Origin: an uncultured Verrucomicrobiae bacterium
GTDB lineage: Bacteria > Chlamydiota > Chlamydiia > Chlamydiales > Rhabdochlamydiaceae
DNA: 64,000 nucleotides
Reading direction: 5' to 3'
NCBI GenBank assembly: GCA_963806855.1
Contig: CAWDYW010000001.1
Coordinates: 448,001 to 512,000 of the forward strand
Shown here in pieces: positions 41,302 through 50,508 of the stretch. Position 1 is the first letter of the stretch. Each line of letters opens with the position of its first letter. Position numbers and translations under genes: made by a program. The notes under the pieces are model-generated. The model was not told where the DNA came from. It saw only the letters and a program-made list of their open reading frames with translations, and made no database searches.

Positions 41302-43086
41302 ATGGGCTTTGCGATTGCTTCCGACAATTCCTCTTCGACTATTTCTTCGATTCTCCAGTCTTATTTAGTTCCAGTATCGGTTACTGCGATTGCTATCCCG
41401 GTAGCCCTTTTTACGATCACGCATCTAGCATTCTATACTTATAAGCATCGCGATGACATTTTAGAGCACGCTATAGCGAATAATCGGCCGATGCTTGCGA
41501 GAATGGCGCTGGCCGGTGGGGCAAAGATTTCCCTAACTAAACATCAAGGCTTAGCGAAAGAAGCTGTTGAAAAAAAAGATATAGATCGCATTTTGCTCTA
41601 TGGATTTCTGCTTCCTTGGCTTCCTGGGGCGGATAATATGATCCAAGAGATGGAGGAGGATAGAGAAGGTTTTATCAAAACAGTTAAAGCGTTTTTCAAT
41701 ATTAGTAATGAAAAGCTCACTTTGGAATGGCTTTATTTTTCGGCGATTCAAAATGGAAATCAAGCAATTGCTGATTATTGTATTCAAAGGCTCGATCCCA
41801 ATATGATCGTAAACGATCGATCGCTTCTTCATGTTGCAGTTGATCGAGGCCGCCTCGAGATAGCGCGCAAATTACTCGAAAAAGGGGCAGACATTAATGC
41901 GAGACATATAAGAGGTTCTACGCCATTTGCGTGCGCCGTAGAAGCTAATAAATATAAGGCGACAGTATTCTTGATGGATGCGGGTGCAAACACTCAATTA
42001 ATGGAAGGCCGTGCAGATGTTAATGCCGATCAGGAGGGATCAGAAGTTCTTAGGAGAGTATCCCCGCATTATCTTGCTTCTTTGTTAAGTAGTCTAGTAT
42101 TAGAAGGTAGTTGTCCAAAATACCTAAAATTTATTGAGAAGATATTACGAAAGGCAAACGATTCCAATTCCATAGATAGAGACTATCGAGGACTAATTAG
42201 TTTTGTTCTAAGAAATCAAAATCTTCAAGTGGACGACATATTTATCGTCGCAGAAGATGTCGTTAGTTTGAATTTAAACTGCATATTTTCGAAGTCCTTT
42301 GATTATATGGAAAAAGAAAATTGGCCGTTTGAATGCAGATGTCAATGGATTAGAAAATTGAGAAACTTAGGGGTTGATATTAATGCGGTCGAGTGGTGGC
42401 AGTGGGATTCGATCGAGTGGCCGCGGAGGGGGGGAAGAGATTTCACTGGTTCCGCATTGGATTGGGCGATCTTAAATAAAAATTTTGAACTTGCTAAATT
42501 TCTAGTGATGGAAGGTGGAAGTCGCATGCCAGAAAATTTTTTTCGGGAGGCCACCCGTGACATCGTGGGTATGAGGCATGAATTTCTTATTCAATTGTTG
42601 AATTGTAGTCAAGATTCTTTCTTTTCTATTGTGCGGGATCGTGAGATCACGGGCAATAAAATTAAATTGTGCCCGCTGTTAATTAAAACCAACGATAAAG
42701 GACAAACCCTACTTCATTTGGCTCGGGGGTATTTGTGTTATACGGAGACTCTTTTAGCAAAAGGAGCAGATCCTAATGCTAGAGATATGGATGGTCGTAC
42801 CCCGCTGCATTACGTTGCCGGTTCCCCCTACGTAGATTGTATTAAGCTTCTTTTGGCGAAAGGAGCAGATCCTAATGCTAGAGATAATGATGGTAGAACC
42901 CCACTGCATTTCCTTGCTAAATGGCTTATCCAGTGTGATAGACGAAGGAGCTCGCCTGATGAAGTTAGAGAAATGCTAGTAAGAGATATAAGATATAATG
43001 TGCTTTTCGATGGTGGGGCCGATCCACTAATTCGAGATAGTCTTAATAACAAATATTTTGATTATTCCCCAGCCCTATTGTTCTAA
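41302..43086 (+). CDS. Ankyrin-repeat protein with an N-terminal TM segment, paralog 1
   Basis: SLLHVAV...LLEKGADIN; GRTPLH...LLAKGADPNARD repeats. Confidence 0.9.
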   Translation: MGFAIASDNSSSTISSILQSYLVPVSVTAIAIPVALFTITHLAFYTYKHRDDILEHAIANNRPMLARMALAGGAKISLTKHQGLAKEAVEKKDIDRILLYGFLLPWLPGADNMIQEMEEDREGFIKTVKAFFNISNEKLTLEWLYFSAIQNGNQAIADYCIQRLDPNMIVNDRSLLHVAVDRGRLEIARKLLEKGADINARHIRGSTPFACAVEANKYKATVFLMDAGANTQLMEGRADVNADQEGSEVLRRVSPHYLASLLSSLVLEGSCPKYLKFIEKILRKANDSNSIDRDYRGLISFVLRNQNLQVDDIFIVAEDVVSLNLNCIFSKSFDYMEKENWPFECRCQWIRKLRNLGVDINAVEWWQWDSIEWPRRGGRDFTGSALDWAILNKNFELAKFLVMEGGSRMPENFFREATRDIVGMRHEFLIQLLNCSQDSFFSIVRDREITGNKIKLCPLLIKTNDKGQTLLHLARGYLCYTETLLAKGADPNARDMDGRTPLHYVAGSPYVDCIKLLLAKGADPNARDNDGRTPLHFLAKWLIQCDRRRSSPDEVREMLVRDIRYNVLFDGGADPLIRDSLNNKYFDYSPALLF

Positions 43087-43141
43087 CCAGATCTCTTTCA
43101 CATTCACACAGCTTAGCATTGCGATTCATCAGTAGCGCATC
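43081..43141 (-). pseudogene. Orphan copy of the aroC 3' end
   Basis: 53/61 identical to 45296-45356; reads DALLMNRNAKLCECERDLVR versus aroC DALLMNRNAKLWECEKDLVR. Confidence 0.85.
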
Positions 43142-43152
43142 TTGGAGGGTGG

Positions 43153-43173
43153 CGCTGGTTCAAGTTCTGGTCA
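43153..43173 (+). repeat. Decayed tRNA-Phe T-arm/acceptor fragment
   Basis: CGCTGGTTC-AAGTTCTGGTCA versus tRNA CGCTGGTTCGATTCCAGTTCTGGCCA (short deletion plus mismatches). Confidence 0.6.
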
Positions 43174-43228
43174 AATATCTTTCTCCGCAATATACTCTTC
43201 CCTCTGAACCTTCATTATAAGGGTAAAA

Positions 43229-45301
43229 ATGGGCTCTGTGATTACTTCTGGTTACAATTCCTCTTCGACGGTTTCTTCAATTCTCCAGTCTTATTTAGTT
43301 CCGGTTTCGGTTTCTTCGATTGCTATCCCAGTAGCCCTTTATACGATCACGCATCTAGCATTCTATACTTATAAGCATCGCGATGACATTTTAGAGCACG
43401 CTATAGCCAATAATCGGCCGATGCTTGCAAGGATGGCGCTGGCCGGCGGGGCGAAGATCTCCCGCGCAAAACATCAAGGCTTAGCGAAAGAAGCTGTTGA
43501 AAAAAAGGATATAGATCGCATTTTGCTCTATGGATTTCTGCTTCCTTGGCTTCCTGGGGCGGATAATATGATCCAAGAGATGGAGGAGGATCGCGAAGAT
43601 TTTATCAAAACAATTAAAGCGTTTTTCAATATTAGGAGGCATGTTTATTGCGGTCTTAATGAAAAGCTCACTTTGGCATGGCTTTATTTTTCGGCGATTC
43701 AAAATGGAAATCAAGCAATAGCTGATTACTGTATTCAAAGACTCGATCCCAATATGATCATAAGCGGCCGCTCGCTTCTTCATGTTGCAGTTGATCGAGG
43801 CTGCCTCGAGATAGCGCGTAAATTAATCGAAAAAAGAGCAGATATTAATGCGAGAGATATAAGAGGTGATACACCATTTGCTCGCGCCGTAAAAGCTAAT
43901 AAGTATAAAACGACAGCATTCTTGATGGATGCGGGTGCAAACCTCCAATTAATGGAAGGTCGTGCAGATGTTATTGCCGATCAGCAGGGATCAGAAGTGC
44001 TTAGGAGAGCGTCCCCTCATGATCTTGCTTCTTTGTTAAGTTGTCTAGTATTAGAAGGTAGTTGTCCAAGATACCTAAAATTTATTGAGAAGATATTACG
44101 AAAGGCGGGCGATTCCAATCCCATAGATAAAGACTATCGAGGAATAATTAGTTGTGTTCTAAGAAATCAAAATCTTCAATGGGAGGACATATTTATTGTC
44201 GCAGAAGATGTCGTTAGATTAAATTTGAACTGCATATTTTCGAAGTCTTTTGATTATATGGAAAAAGAAAATTGGCCGTTTGAATGCAGATGTCAATGGA
44301 TTAGAAAATTAATAAACTTAGGGGTAGATATTAATAGGATCTGGTTGCAGCAGCGTGATTCGATCCGGCAGCCGAGTTGGAGAGATTTCTATAGAGGTTC
44401 CGCATTAGATTGGGCTATCTCAAATGGAAATTTTGAACTTGCTAAATTTCTAGTGATGGCAGGTGGAAATTGTGTTGTTAGATTAAATTTAGAGAACATA
44501 TTTTCGAAGTCCTTTGATTATATGGAAAAAGAAAATTGGTCATTAGAATGCAGATGTCAATGGCTTATAAAATTGATAAACTTAGGGGTAGATATTAATG
44601 CGGTCGAGTGGCGGCAGTGGGATTCGATCGATCCGTCGCGGAGGGGAAGAGATTTCAATGGTTCCGCATTAGATTGGGCGATCTTAAACGAAAATTTTGA
44701 ACTTGCGAAATTTCTAGTGATGGAAGGTGGAAGTCGCATGCCAGAAAATTTTTTTCGGGAGGCCACCCGTGACATCGTGGGTATGAGGCATGAATTTCTT
44801 ATTCAATTGTTGAATTGTAGTCAAGATTCTTTCTTTTCTATTGTGCGGGATCGTGAGATCACGGGCAATAAAATTAAATTGTGCCCGCTGTTAATTAAAA
44901 CCAACGATAAAGGACAAACCCTACTTCATTTGGCTCGGGGGTATTTGTGTTATACGGAGACTCTTTTAGCAAAAGGAGCAGATCCTAATGCTAGAGATAT
45001 GGATGGTCGTACCCCGCTGCATTACGTTGCCGGTTCCCCCTACGTAGCTTGTATTAAGCTTCTTTTGGCGAAAGGAGCAGATCCTAATGCTAGAGATAAT
45101 GATGGTAGAACCCCACTGCATGAACTTGCTGAAGAGCTTATCCTGTTGGAAGGACCACGGAGAATCTTGCCTGATGAAGTTAGAGATATACTCTCAAGAG
45201 ATGTAAGATGTAAGTTGCTTATCGCCGCCGGAGCCGATCGCTCAATTCGAGATAACGATAATAATACTTATGAAGCGATCCCTAATCACTATTTCTTCTA
45301 A
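43229..45301 (+). CDS. Ankyrin-repeat protein, paralog 2, with an internal duplication of about 86 aa
   Basis: Paralog of 41302..43086; the IFSKSFDYMEKENW...GSALDWAI...LAKFLVM module occurs twice. Confidence 0.9.
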   Translation: MGSVITSGYNSSSTVSSILQSYLVPVSVSSIAIPVALYTITHLAFYTYKHRDDILEHAIANNRPMLARMALAGGAKISRAKHQGLAKEAVEKKDIDRILLYGFLLPWLPGADNMIQEMEEDREDFIKTIKAFFNIRRHVYCGLNEKLTLAWLYFSAIQNGNQAIADYCIQRLDPNMIISGRSLLHVAVDRGCLEIARKLIEKRADINARDIRGDTPFARAVKANKYKTTAFLMDAGANLQLMEGRADVIADQQGSEVLRRASPHDLASLLSCLVLEGSCPRYLKFIEKILRKAGDSNPIDKDYRGIISCVLRNQNLQWEDIFIVAEDVVRLNLNCIFSKSFDYMEKENWPFECRCQWIRKLINLGVDINRIWLQQRDSIRQPSWRDFYRGSALDWAISNGNFELAKFLVMAGGNCVVRLNLENIFSKSFDYMEKENWSLECRCQWLIKLINLGVDINAVEWRQWDSIDPSRRGRDFNGSALDWAILNENFELAKFLVMEGGSRMPENFFREATRDIVGMRHEFLIQLLNCSQDSFFSIVRDREITGNKIKLCPLLIKTNDKGQTLLHLARGYLCYTETLLAKGADPNARDMDGRTPLHYVAGSPYVACIKLLLAKGADPNARDNDGRTPLHELAEELILLEGPRRILPDEVRDILSRDVRCKLLIAAGADRSIRDNDNNTYEAIPNHYFF

Positions 45302-46406
45302 CCAAATCTTTTTCGCATTCCCAAAGTTTAGCATTGCGATTCATCAGCAGAGCATCGGCAAGGACCAGGGCTGTCATCGCTTCGACGATGGGGACGGCGC
45401 GGATAGCGACGCAGGGATCTTGTTTGGCTGTTTCGGAGAGCTGGAAGGTGGTCTTTTCCCCTTGGAGGGTGACGGTGGCTTGCGGTTTTTTGATGCTCGA
45501 GGTCGGTTTGAATGCGACTCTGAAGTAGAGGGGTGAGCCGGTCGAGATTCCCCCGAGGGTGCCGCCGGAGAAGTTTGTGACTGTATGAACGTGCCCCTCT
45601 TCGTCGATGTCGAAGGCGTCGTTGTGCTCGGAGCCCTTCATCTGCGCGGCGGAAAAGCCGGAGCCGATTTCAAATCCTTTGGTTGCGGGCAGTGAGAGCA
45701 TGGCTGAGGCGAGCATCGCTTCGAGTTTGCTATAGATGGGCTCACCGAGGCCTAAGGGGATGTGCGCAATACAGCCGATGACGCCTCCGAGGGAATCTTT
45801 TTCTTCTTTGATCTGGGTGAGCCGGGCGATGATTTTTTCTGCGGCTTGTTCGTCGGGGCAAAAGATCGGGCTGGAGTAGGTTTTTTGACGCAACTGGGTG
45901 AGGTCGGGAGGGACGATGCCGATCCCTCCGATTTCGGCGACGAAGGCTGTGCAGCTGATGTTGTAGTGGGCGAGCAGTTTTTTTGCGACGGCACCGGCGG
46001 CGACGCGGGCGACGGTTTCGCGGGCGGAGGCTCGGCCGCTGCCACGGTAGTCGAAGATGCCATATTTGCCGAGGTAGGTGAAGTTAGCATGGCCGGGGCG
46101 GTAGAGTTCTTTGAGCGGCTCGTAGGGCTTGCTGTCGACATCTTCGTTGCGGAAGAGGATAGCGATCGGGGCGCCGGTAGTTTTTCCTTCAAAGAGGCCG
46201 GAGAAGATTTCGGGTCGGTCGGTTTCTGCGCGGGGGGAGGTATAGGGGCTTTTGCCGGGACGCCTATAGGCGAGCTCTGCTTCGATGTCTTGGATGGTGA
46301 GGGGAAGGCCTGCGGGGCAGCCATCGATGACGACGCCGATGCCTGGGCCGTGTGATTCGCCGAAGGTGGTGATCCGAAAGATTTTTCCAAAAGAATTAGA
46401 GGCCAT
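45282..46406 (-). CDS. aroC: Chorismate synthase
   Basis: TTFGESHG, RPGHAN, GRASARET, GGTLGGISTG and FKPTSSI motifs. Confidence 0.96.
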   Translation of the reverse strand: MASNSFGKIFRITTFGESHGPGIGVVIDGCPAGLPLTIQDIEAELAYRRPGKSPYTSPRAETDRPEIFSGLFEGKTTGAPIAILFRNEDVDSKPYEPLKELYRPGHANFTYLGKYGIFDYRGSGRASARETVARVAAGAVAKKLLAHYNISCTAFVAEIGGIGIVPPDLTQLRQKTYSSPIFCPDEQAAEKIIARLTQIKEEKDSLGGVIGCIAHIPLGLGEPIYSKLEAMLASAMLSLPATKGFEIGSGFSAAQMKGSEHNDAFDIDEEGHVHTVTNFSGGTLGGISTGSPLYFRVAFKPTSSIKKPQATVTLQGEKTTFQLSETAKQDPCVAIRAVPIVEAMTALVLADALLMNRNAKLWECEKDLVRRNSD

Positions 46407-46447
46407 GTGCAGATCTTAAGCGTTCTTGGATTTTCAAAGCAATTTCG
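46390..46447. repeat. Left copy of the 58-bp aroK-stop/aroC-start junction
   Basis: 54/58 identical to 47867-47924; keeps the aroC ATG. Confidence 0.9.
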
Positions 46448-46486
46448 ATCGGTGATTGGGAAATAGATCGCGTTGCGAGATTAAAT

Positions 46487-47656
46487 TTATTGCTGTCTTA
46501 GTAAATCTGCTAAGGCCTTATGTGGATTACAGTGAAGATCAAAGGCGCCAGTTTTATGAACTGGAGTTATGCTATACGCCTTACCTGCTACTGTTCGTGG
46601 GACAGGAATGCCCAATATGCGTTCAGCCAAAACCGATAAAATATTGAAAATTCTAGTCCCCCCAAGCCATTCTCCTTTGACACTAAAAGCTGTGATTTTT
46701 TCTGCGTTTTCTGCAAATGCCGTATTACCTACATTCGATCGAATATAACGCCTTACGCCGGCCCCCATCGGCTCCGAATTAAAAACCGACGCCTCTAAGC
46801 CATTAGCAACTGCTGCGCATTGTGCCAACATACCCCCATGAGAATGGCCTGCAATAACCGGTTTTATGGAAGAACCATTGCAAGCCTCCTTCAAAGCCTT
46901 TCCTAGTTCGATAGCTTCCGTAACGTTGGCGTTTATTCCTCCGATAAAATTATGTGCGGTTCCCCTCGCACTGCTCCAAGCAAGGGCATCTGCATCAGTT
47001 TCGTTCAAAGTGGCCTTCTCTTCATTACCAAGCCCCATAATGCCGATAACGATTGTTCTTTCCTCCATGTCATAATTCAACCGAATGCACGTGCCTGTTT
47101 TTTCACTATAAAAACAGTTGCTATAATCACCTTCCTTAAAACCTAATTGCGCAATTGACAGTCTTAAGTTGTTAAATGAAGCCTCCATTTCTGGGTCGGT
47201 GTTAAGTGGTGGATTATAATTTCGACCAACATAAATATCGTTATAACGTTGGAAATTTGTTTCTATCGTTGTTCTTAGGACAGGGTCCTGTTTAACCGCA
47301 TTCTGATCTATACGTTGATAGTAATCCGAAATACCCCCTTTCCAGTCGGCGAGCATATGATCTTTCAGAGTCCGCTTAAATACATCACCAAATACGGCAT
47401 TTTTATCGTTTAAGGCCGCACCTAAACTTTGAAACAATCGAATAGGGGCTTTTAATACATTGATCAAAACACCTCTTGAAGATAATGGAAGGGGGAACGT
47501 GACAAAAATGCCGATCTTTTTCACCACGTCTAGGATCTTGTCCAATGTTTCTTTCCAATTTCTTGCGGGCTCACTTGTAACAGGTTGAGTTTCTGCCATC
47601 GCTTGAGGCGTAGCGCTTCTTAAAGGATCAAAAACATAAAATAAATTATCTAACAT
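46487..47656 (-). CDS. Lipase-like alpha/beta hydrolase, paralog 2, inserted between aroK and aroC
   Basis: VIAGHSHGG; long shared blocks with 39754..40968. Confidence 0.82.
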   Translation of the reverse strand: MLDNLFYVFDPLRSATPQAMAETQPVTSEPARNWKETLDKILDVVKKIGIFVTFPLPLSSRGVLINVLKAPIRLFQSLGAALNDKNAVFGDVFKRTLKDHMLADWKGGISDYYQRIDQNAVKQDPVLRTTIETNFQRYNDIYVGRNYNPPLNTDPEMEASFNNLRLSIAQLGFKEGDYSNCFYSEKTGTCIRLNYDMEERTIVIGIMGLGNEEKATLNETDADALAWSSARGTAHNFIGGINANVTEAIELGKALKEACNGSSIKPVIAGHSHGGMLAQCAAVANGLEASVFNSEPMGAGVRRYIRSNVGNTAFAENAEKITAFSVKGEWLGGTRIFNILSVLAERILGIPVPRTVAGKAYSITPVHKTGAFDLHCNPHKALADLLRQQ

Positions 47657-47679
47657 ATTAATATCTCACTTGTAATTTA

Positions 47680-47708
47680 ATTATAGCAAAATATTAATTG
47701 TTTGTAAA
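47680..47708 (-). promoter_or_regulatory. Sigma66/70-type promoter candidate
   Basis: TTTACA-N17-TATAAT with an extended TG. Confidence 0.6.
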
Positions 47709-47866
47709 TAAAAGCTTACTATATTCAGGGGCGTTATTGCGAGAGTTAACTATCTGAAAATCAAAAAACTATCACCATAGGGCTTATGTGGGACTTGGAA
47801 AATTTTTCCTCTGTGCCCTTTGCGCTCTCTGTGGTGATAAATATTTTATATTCAATAACTTAAGTG

Positions 47867-47924
47867 AAAGAATTAGAGGCCGTGAGCAGATCTTAAGAGT
47901 TCTTGGATTTTCAAGGCAATTTCG
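47867..47924. repeat. Right copy of the 58-bp junction (functional aroK 3' end)
   Basis: The aroC ATG has become ACG in this copy. Confidence 0.9.
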
Positions 47925-48361
47925 GCGGGGGTTTGGGAATCTGTCTCGATCACTTCATCAGCATAATGGTGGTAGAGGGGAAGTCGGAATTCATAGTGAT
48001 CTTTGTGGAAGAGAGGGCGGTTTGGATCGCTAGCAACCCGCTTGACAAGGTGGTCAAAGCTGGTTTTGAGATAGATCACTTTGCCATTGAGATAGTCGAG
48101 GATGATTTTATTTAGCACGACACCGCCGCCGGTCGAGATGACGAGGTCTGTTTTGGACTGCAGCTCTTTGGCGACGGCGATCTCGGTGTCGCGCCAGAGC
48201 AGCTCGCCCCCTTTTGCAAACACTTCGCTGACGGTCTGACTGGCAGTTTTTTGTAGGACCAGCTCATCCATTTCGACAAGGGGAAGCTGCAGGAGTCCAC
48301 TCAAGTGCTTGCCGACGGTCGATTTGCCCGAACCCATAAAGCCGATGAGGATGATGTTCAT
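47873..48361 (-). CDS. aroK: Shikimate kinase
   Basis: IILIGFMGSGKST, ISTGGG and RPL; ATG 48361 overlaps the upstream stop (ATGA). Confidence 0.93.
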   Translation of the reverse strand: MNIILIGFMGSGKSTVGKHLSGLLQLPLVEMDELVLQKTASQTVSEVFAKGGELLWRDTEIAVAKELQSKTDLVISTGGGVVLNKIILDYLNGKVIYLKTSFDHLVKRVASDPNRPLFHKDHYEFRLPLYHHYADEVIETDSQTPAEIALKIQELLRSAHGL

Positions 48362-50508
48362 TTGAGGCTCCCGAGGACCTGCCAAAAGGTGGGAAAGGTC
48401 TTCTTCACCACTTCGGGCTGCCGAATTTCAATCTCGGACAGATGCATTTTGGCAACGGCAAATGACATCGCCATTCTGTGGTCGTTGTAGGTATTGATCG
48501 GCGCGGGTTTCGGAGTGCCGCCGTGGATGGTCAAGCTGTCGTGGGTATCTTCAGTTTGAATTCCCATTTTGCCGAGCTCGTTTTTAAGGGCGATCACCCG
48601 CTCAGTCTCTTTTACACGGAGGGAGCGGACTCCGCTGATTTTCGATATGCCGTTTGCAAAAGCAGCGAGGACTGCCATCGTCATCACCTGATCTGGGCAC
48701 TCTTGCATATCGATATCGAGGGGATGGAGCTGACTGCCTTCGATCGTGATCTGATTTTTCTCATAGGTTACCCGGTTGCCCATCTTCTCCAAAATGGACA
48801 AAAATTGTCTATCGGCTTGGACAGAGTTGGGGTTGAGGTTCTCCAAGGTGATCGTCGATTTTGTCAGGACGGCGATCGCGAAAAAATAGGCAGCGCTCGA
48901 GTAGTCCCCTTCGATGAGGTATTCTGTTTTTTGGTAGCTTTGAGGAGGGATGGAGTAGCTGTTATGGATCGTGATTCCCCACTCACGCATGCAGCTGAGG
49001 GTCATATCGATATAGGATTTCGAGATCGGTGGTGTAGTGAGACGGATGGTTAGGCCATTGGGAAGCATAGGGGCAATCATCAGCAGTGCAGAGCAAAATT
49101 GGCTGCTGATATCCCCTTTCAAATTGACAGAGGCGCCAGTTAAAGTCGATGAGCTGATTTTGATTCCATCTGCACTTATCTCAATCTCAGCGCCAAGCTG
49201 TCGCAATGCCTCGACAAGATCTTGGATAGGGCGATCAAGGAGACGTGGACTTCCCTGAAGCATTTTAACGCCCGGCACAATACAAGATAGTGCGAGCATA
49301 AACCGGAGCGTGGTTCCAGAATCGTGGGCAAATAGATCGTAACTTCCGTCTTCGATGCGGCTAATGTCCCCATGGACGATGATCTCCTCTGCCTTTGTCT
49401 CGATCTCAATCCCCAGGGCACGCAAACAGCCGATCATCGCTTCGGTATCGTCGCAGTATAGGGGATTTTTCAGATGAACAGATCCTTTCGTCAATGCCGC
49501 CAAGATGAGGGCCCGATTGGTGTAGCTCTTCGAGCCGGGGATGCGGATAGGCCGATTTTCCATCCAGTCGAGAGTCGGGTCTAATTCGCTTAACGAGACA
49601 GCGCGGCAATAGTCCCCATCAAACGGGAGAGCATGTCCGATCCGGTCGATGAGAATAAAGCGGATGGCTCCAGAGGCCTTTTTTTTATCGTGACTTAAGG
49701 CCTGCAAAAATTTAGTCCTGGTGTAGCCTTGTGGTAGTTTGAGAGGGGGGTAGAGGGCTCGAATTTGATCAAAATCGGCTTCAGAGAGATATCCAAGGCA
49801 CATGCTCAGGTGGCTTTCTGCAAGGCAGCCCAAAGCGACCGCCTCTCCATGGGCCATTTCGTAATCGGAGACCGCTTCAAGCGCATGGCCGATAGTGTGG
49901 CCAAAATTGAGGATCCGCCGCAGGCCCTGGTCGAGAGGATCCTGTGCGACGATTTTCATTTTTGCTTCGATTGCTTTTTCAATATCACCCATAATCGAGG
50001 GATCGTAGATAAGGGCCATCTTGGTGATTTCGGCCTGGCCGTTGAATCGCTCTTTTTCCGGCAACGTTTTCAATGTGTCGAGGTCGACAAAGATCGCTTT
50101 GGGCTCGTAGAAGGTGCCGATCAGATTTTTGCCAAAGGGGGTATCGATGGCTGTTTTCCCCCCAATGGAGGCGTCGACGATGGCCAAGAGGGTAGTGGGG
50201 ACTAAAATTAGCGGTAGGCCCCGCATGTAGATCGAAGCGACAAAGCCGACCAGATCAGTTGTTGCGCCGCCGCCTAGCGCAATGAGCGTAGTATTGCGAT
50301 CAGCGCCAAGTTTGAAGAGCTGGTTGATCACACCCATCGCCACATCTAGAGTTTTGGCTTTTTCACCACTGGGGATGAGGATGAGCTCGGCATGGATTTT
50401 TTGTGCGAGAGAAGTGGCATATAGATCGCGCAAAGCCTCATCGGCGATCACAATTTTTGCACCGGGGAGTTGATTGCAGTATTCAGGTAATTCTTCAATT
50501 TTCTTCAT
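48358..50508 (-). CDS. aroB-aroA: Fused 3-dehydroquinate synthase and EPSP synthase (AroB-AroA)
   Basis: AroB: GGGATTDLVGF, PTTLLA, LNFGHTIGHALE, HGEAV. AroA, in frame: PGSKSYTNR, SGTTLR, ISSQF, RVKETER, DHRMAM. Confidence 0.92.
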   Translation of the reverse strand: MKKIEELPEYCNQLPGAKIVIADEALRDLYATSLAQKIHAELILIPSGEKAKTLDVAMGVINQLFKLGADRNTTLIALGGGATTDLVGFVASIYMRGLPLILVPTTLLAIVDASIGGKTAIDTPFGKNLIGTFYEPKAIFVDLDTLKTLPEKERFNGQAEITKMALIYDPSIMGDIEKAIEAKMKIVAQDPLDQGLRRILNFGHTIGHALEAVSDYEMAHGEAVALGCLAESHLSMCLGYLSEADFDQIRALYPPLKLPQGYTRTKFLQALSHDKKKASGAIRFILIDRIGHALPFDGDYCRAVSLSELDPTLDWMENRPIRIPGSKSYTNRALILAALTKGSVHLKNPLYCDDTEAMIGCLRALGIEIETKAEEIIVHGDISRIEDGSYDLFAHDSGTTLRFMLALSCIVPGVKMLQGSPRLLDRPIQDLVEALRQLGAEIEISADGIKISSSTLTGASVNLKGDISSQFCSALLMIAPMLPNGLTIRLTTPPISKSYIDMTLSCMREWGITIHNSYSIPPQSYQKTEYLIEGDYSSAAYFFAIAVLTKSTITLENLNPNSVQADRQFLSILEKMGNRVTYEKNQITIEGSQLHPLDIDMQECPDQVMTMAVLAAFANGISKISGVRSLRVKETERVIALKNELGKMGIQTEDTHDSLTIHGGTPKPAPINTYNDHRMAMSFAVAKMHLSEIEIRQPEVVKKTFPTFWQVLGSLK

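Noticed and set aside
45752..46390. Long alternative-frame ORFs over aroC, gpmA, aroDE, obgE and lspA
   Set aside because: They are shadow ORFs of well-supported genes, with no motifs.
47770..47839. Short element with TATCACCATAG...CTGTGGTGATA inverted ends and the 47788..48033 ORF
   Set aside because: It is a single degenerate copy with no enzyme, and the ORF overlaps aroK on the opposite strand; too weak to call.
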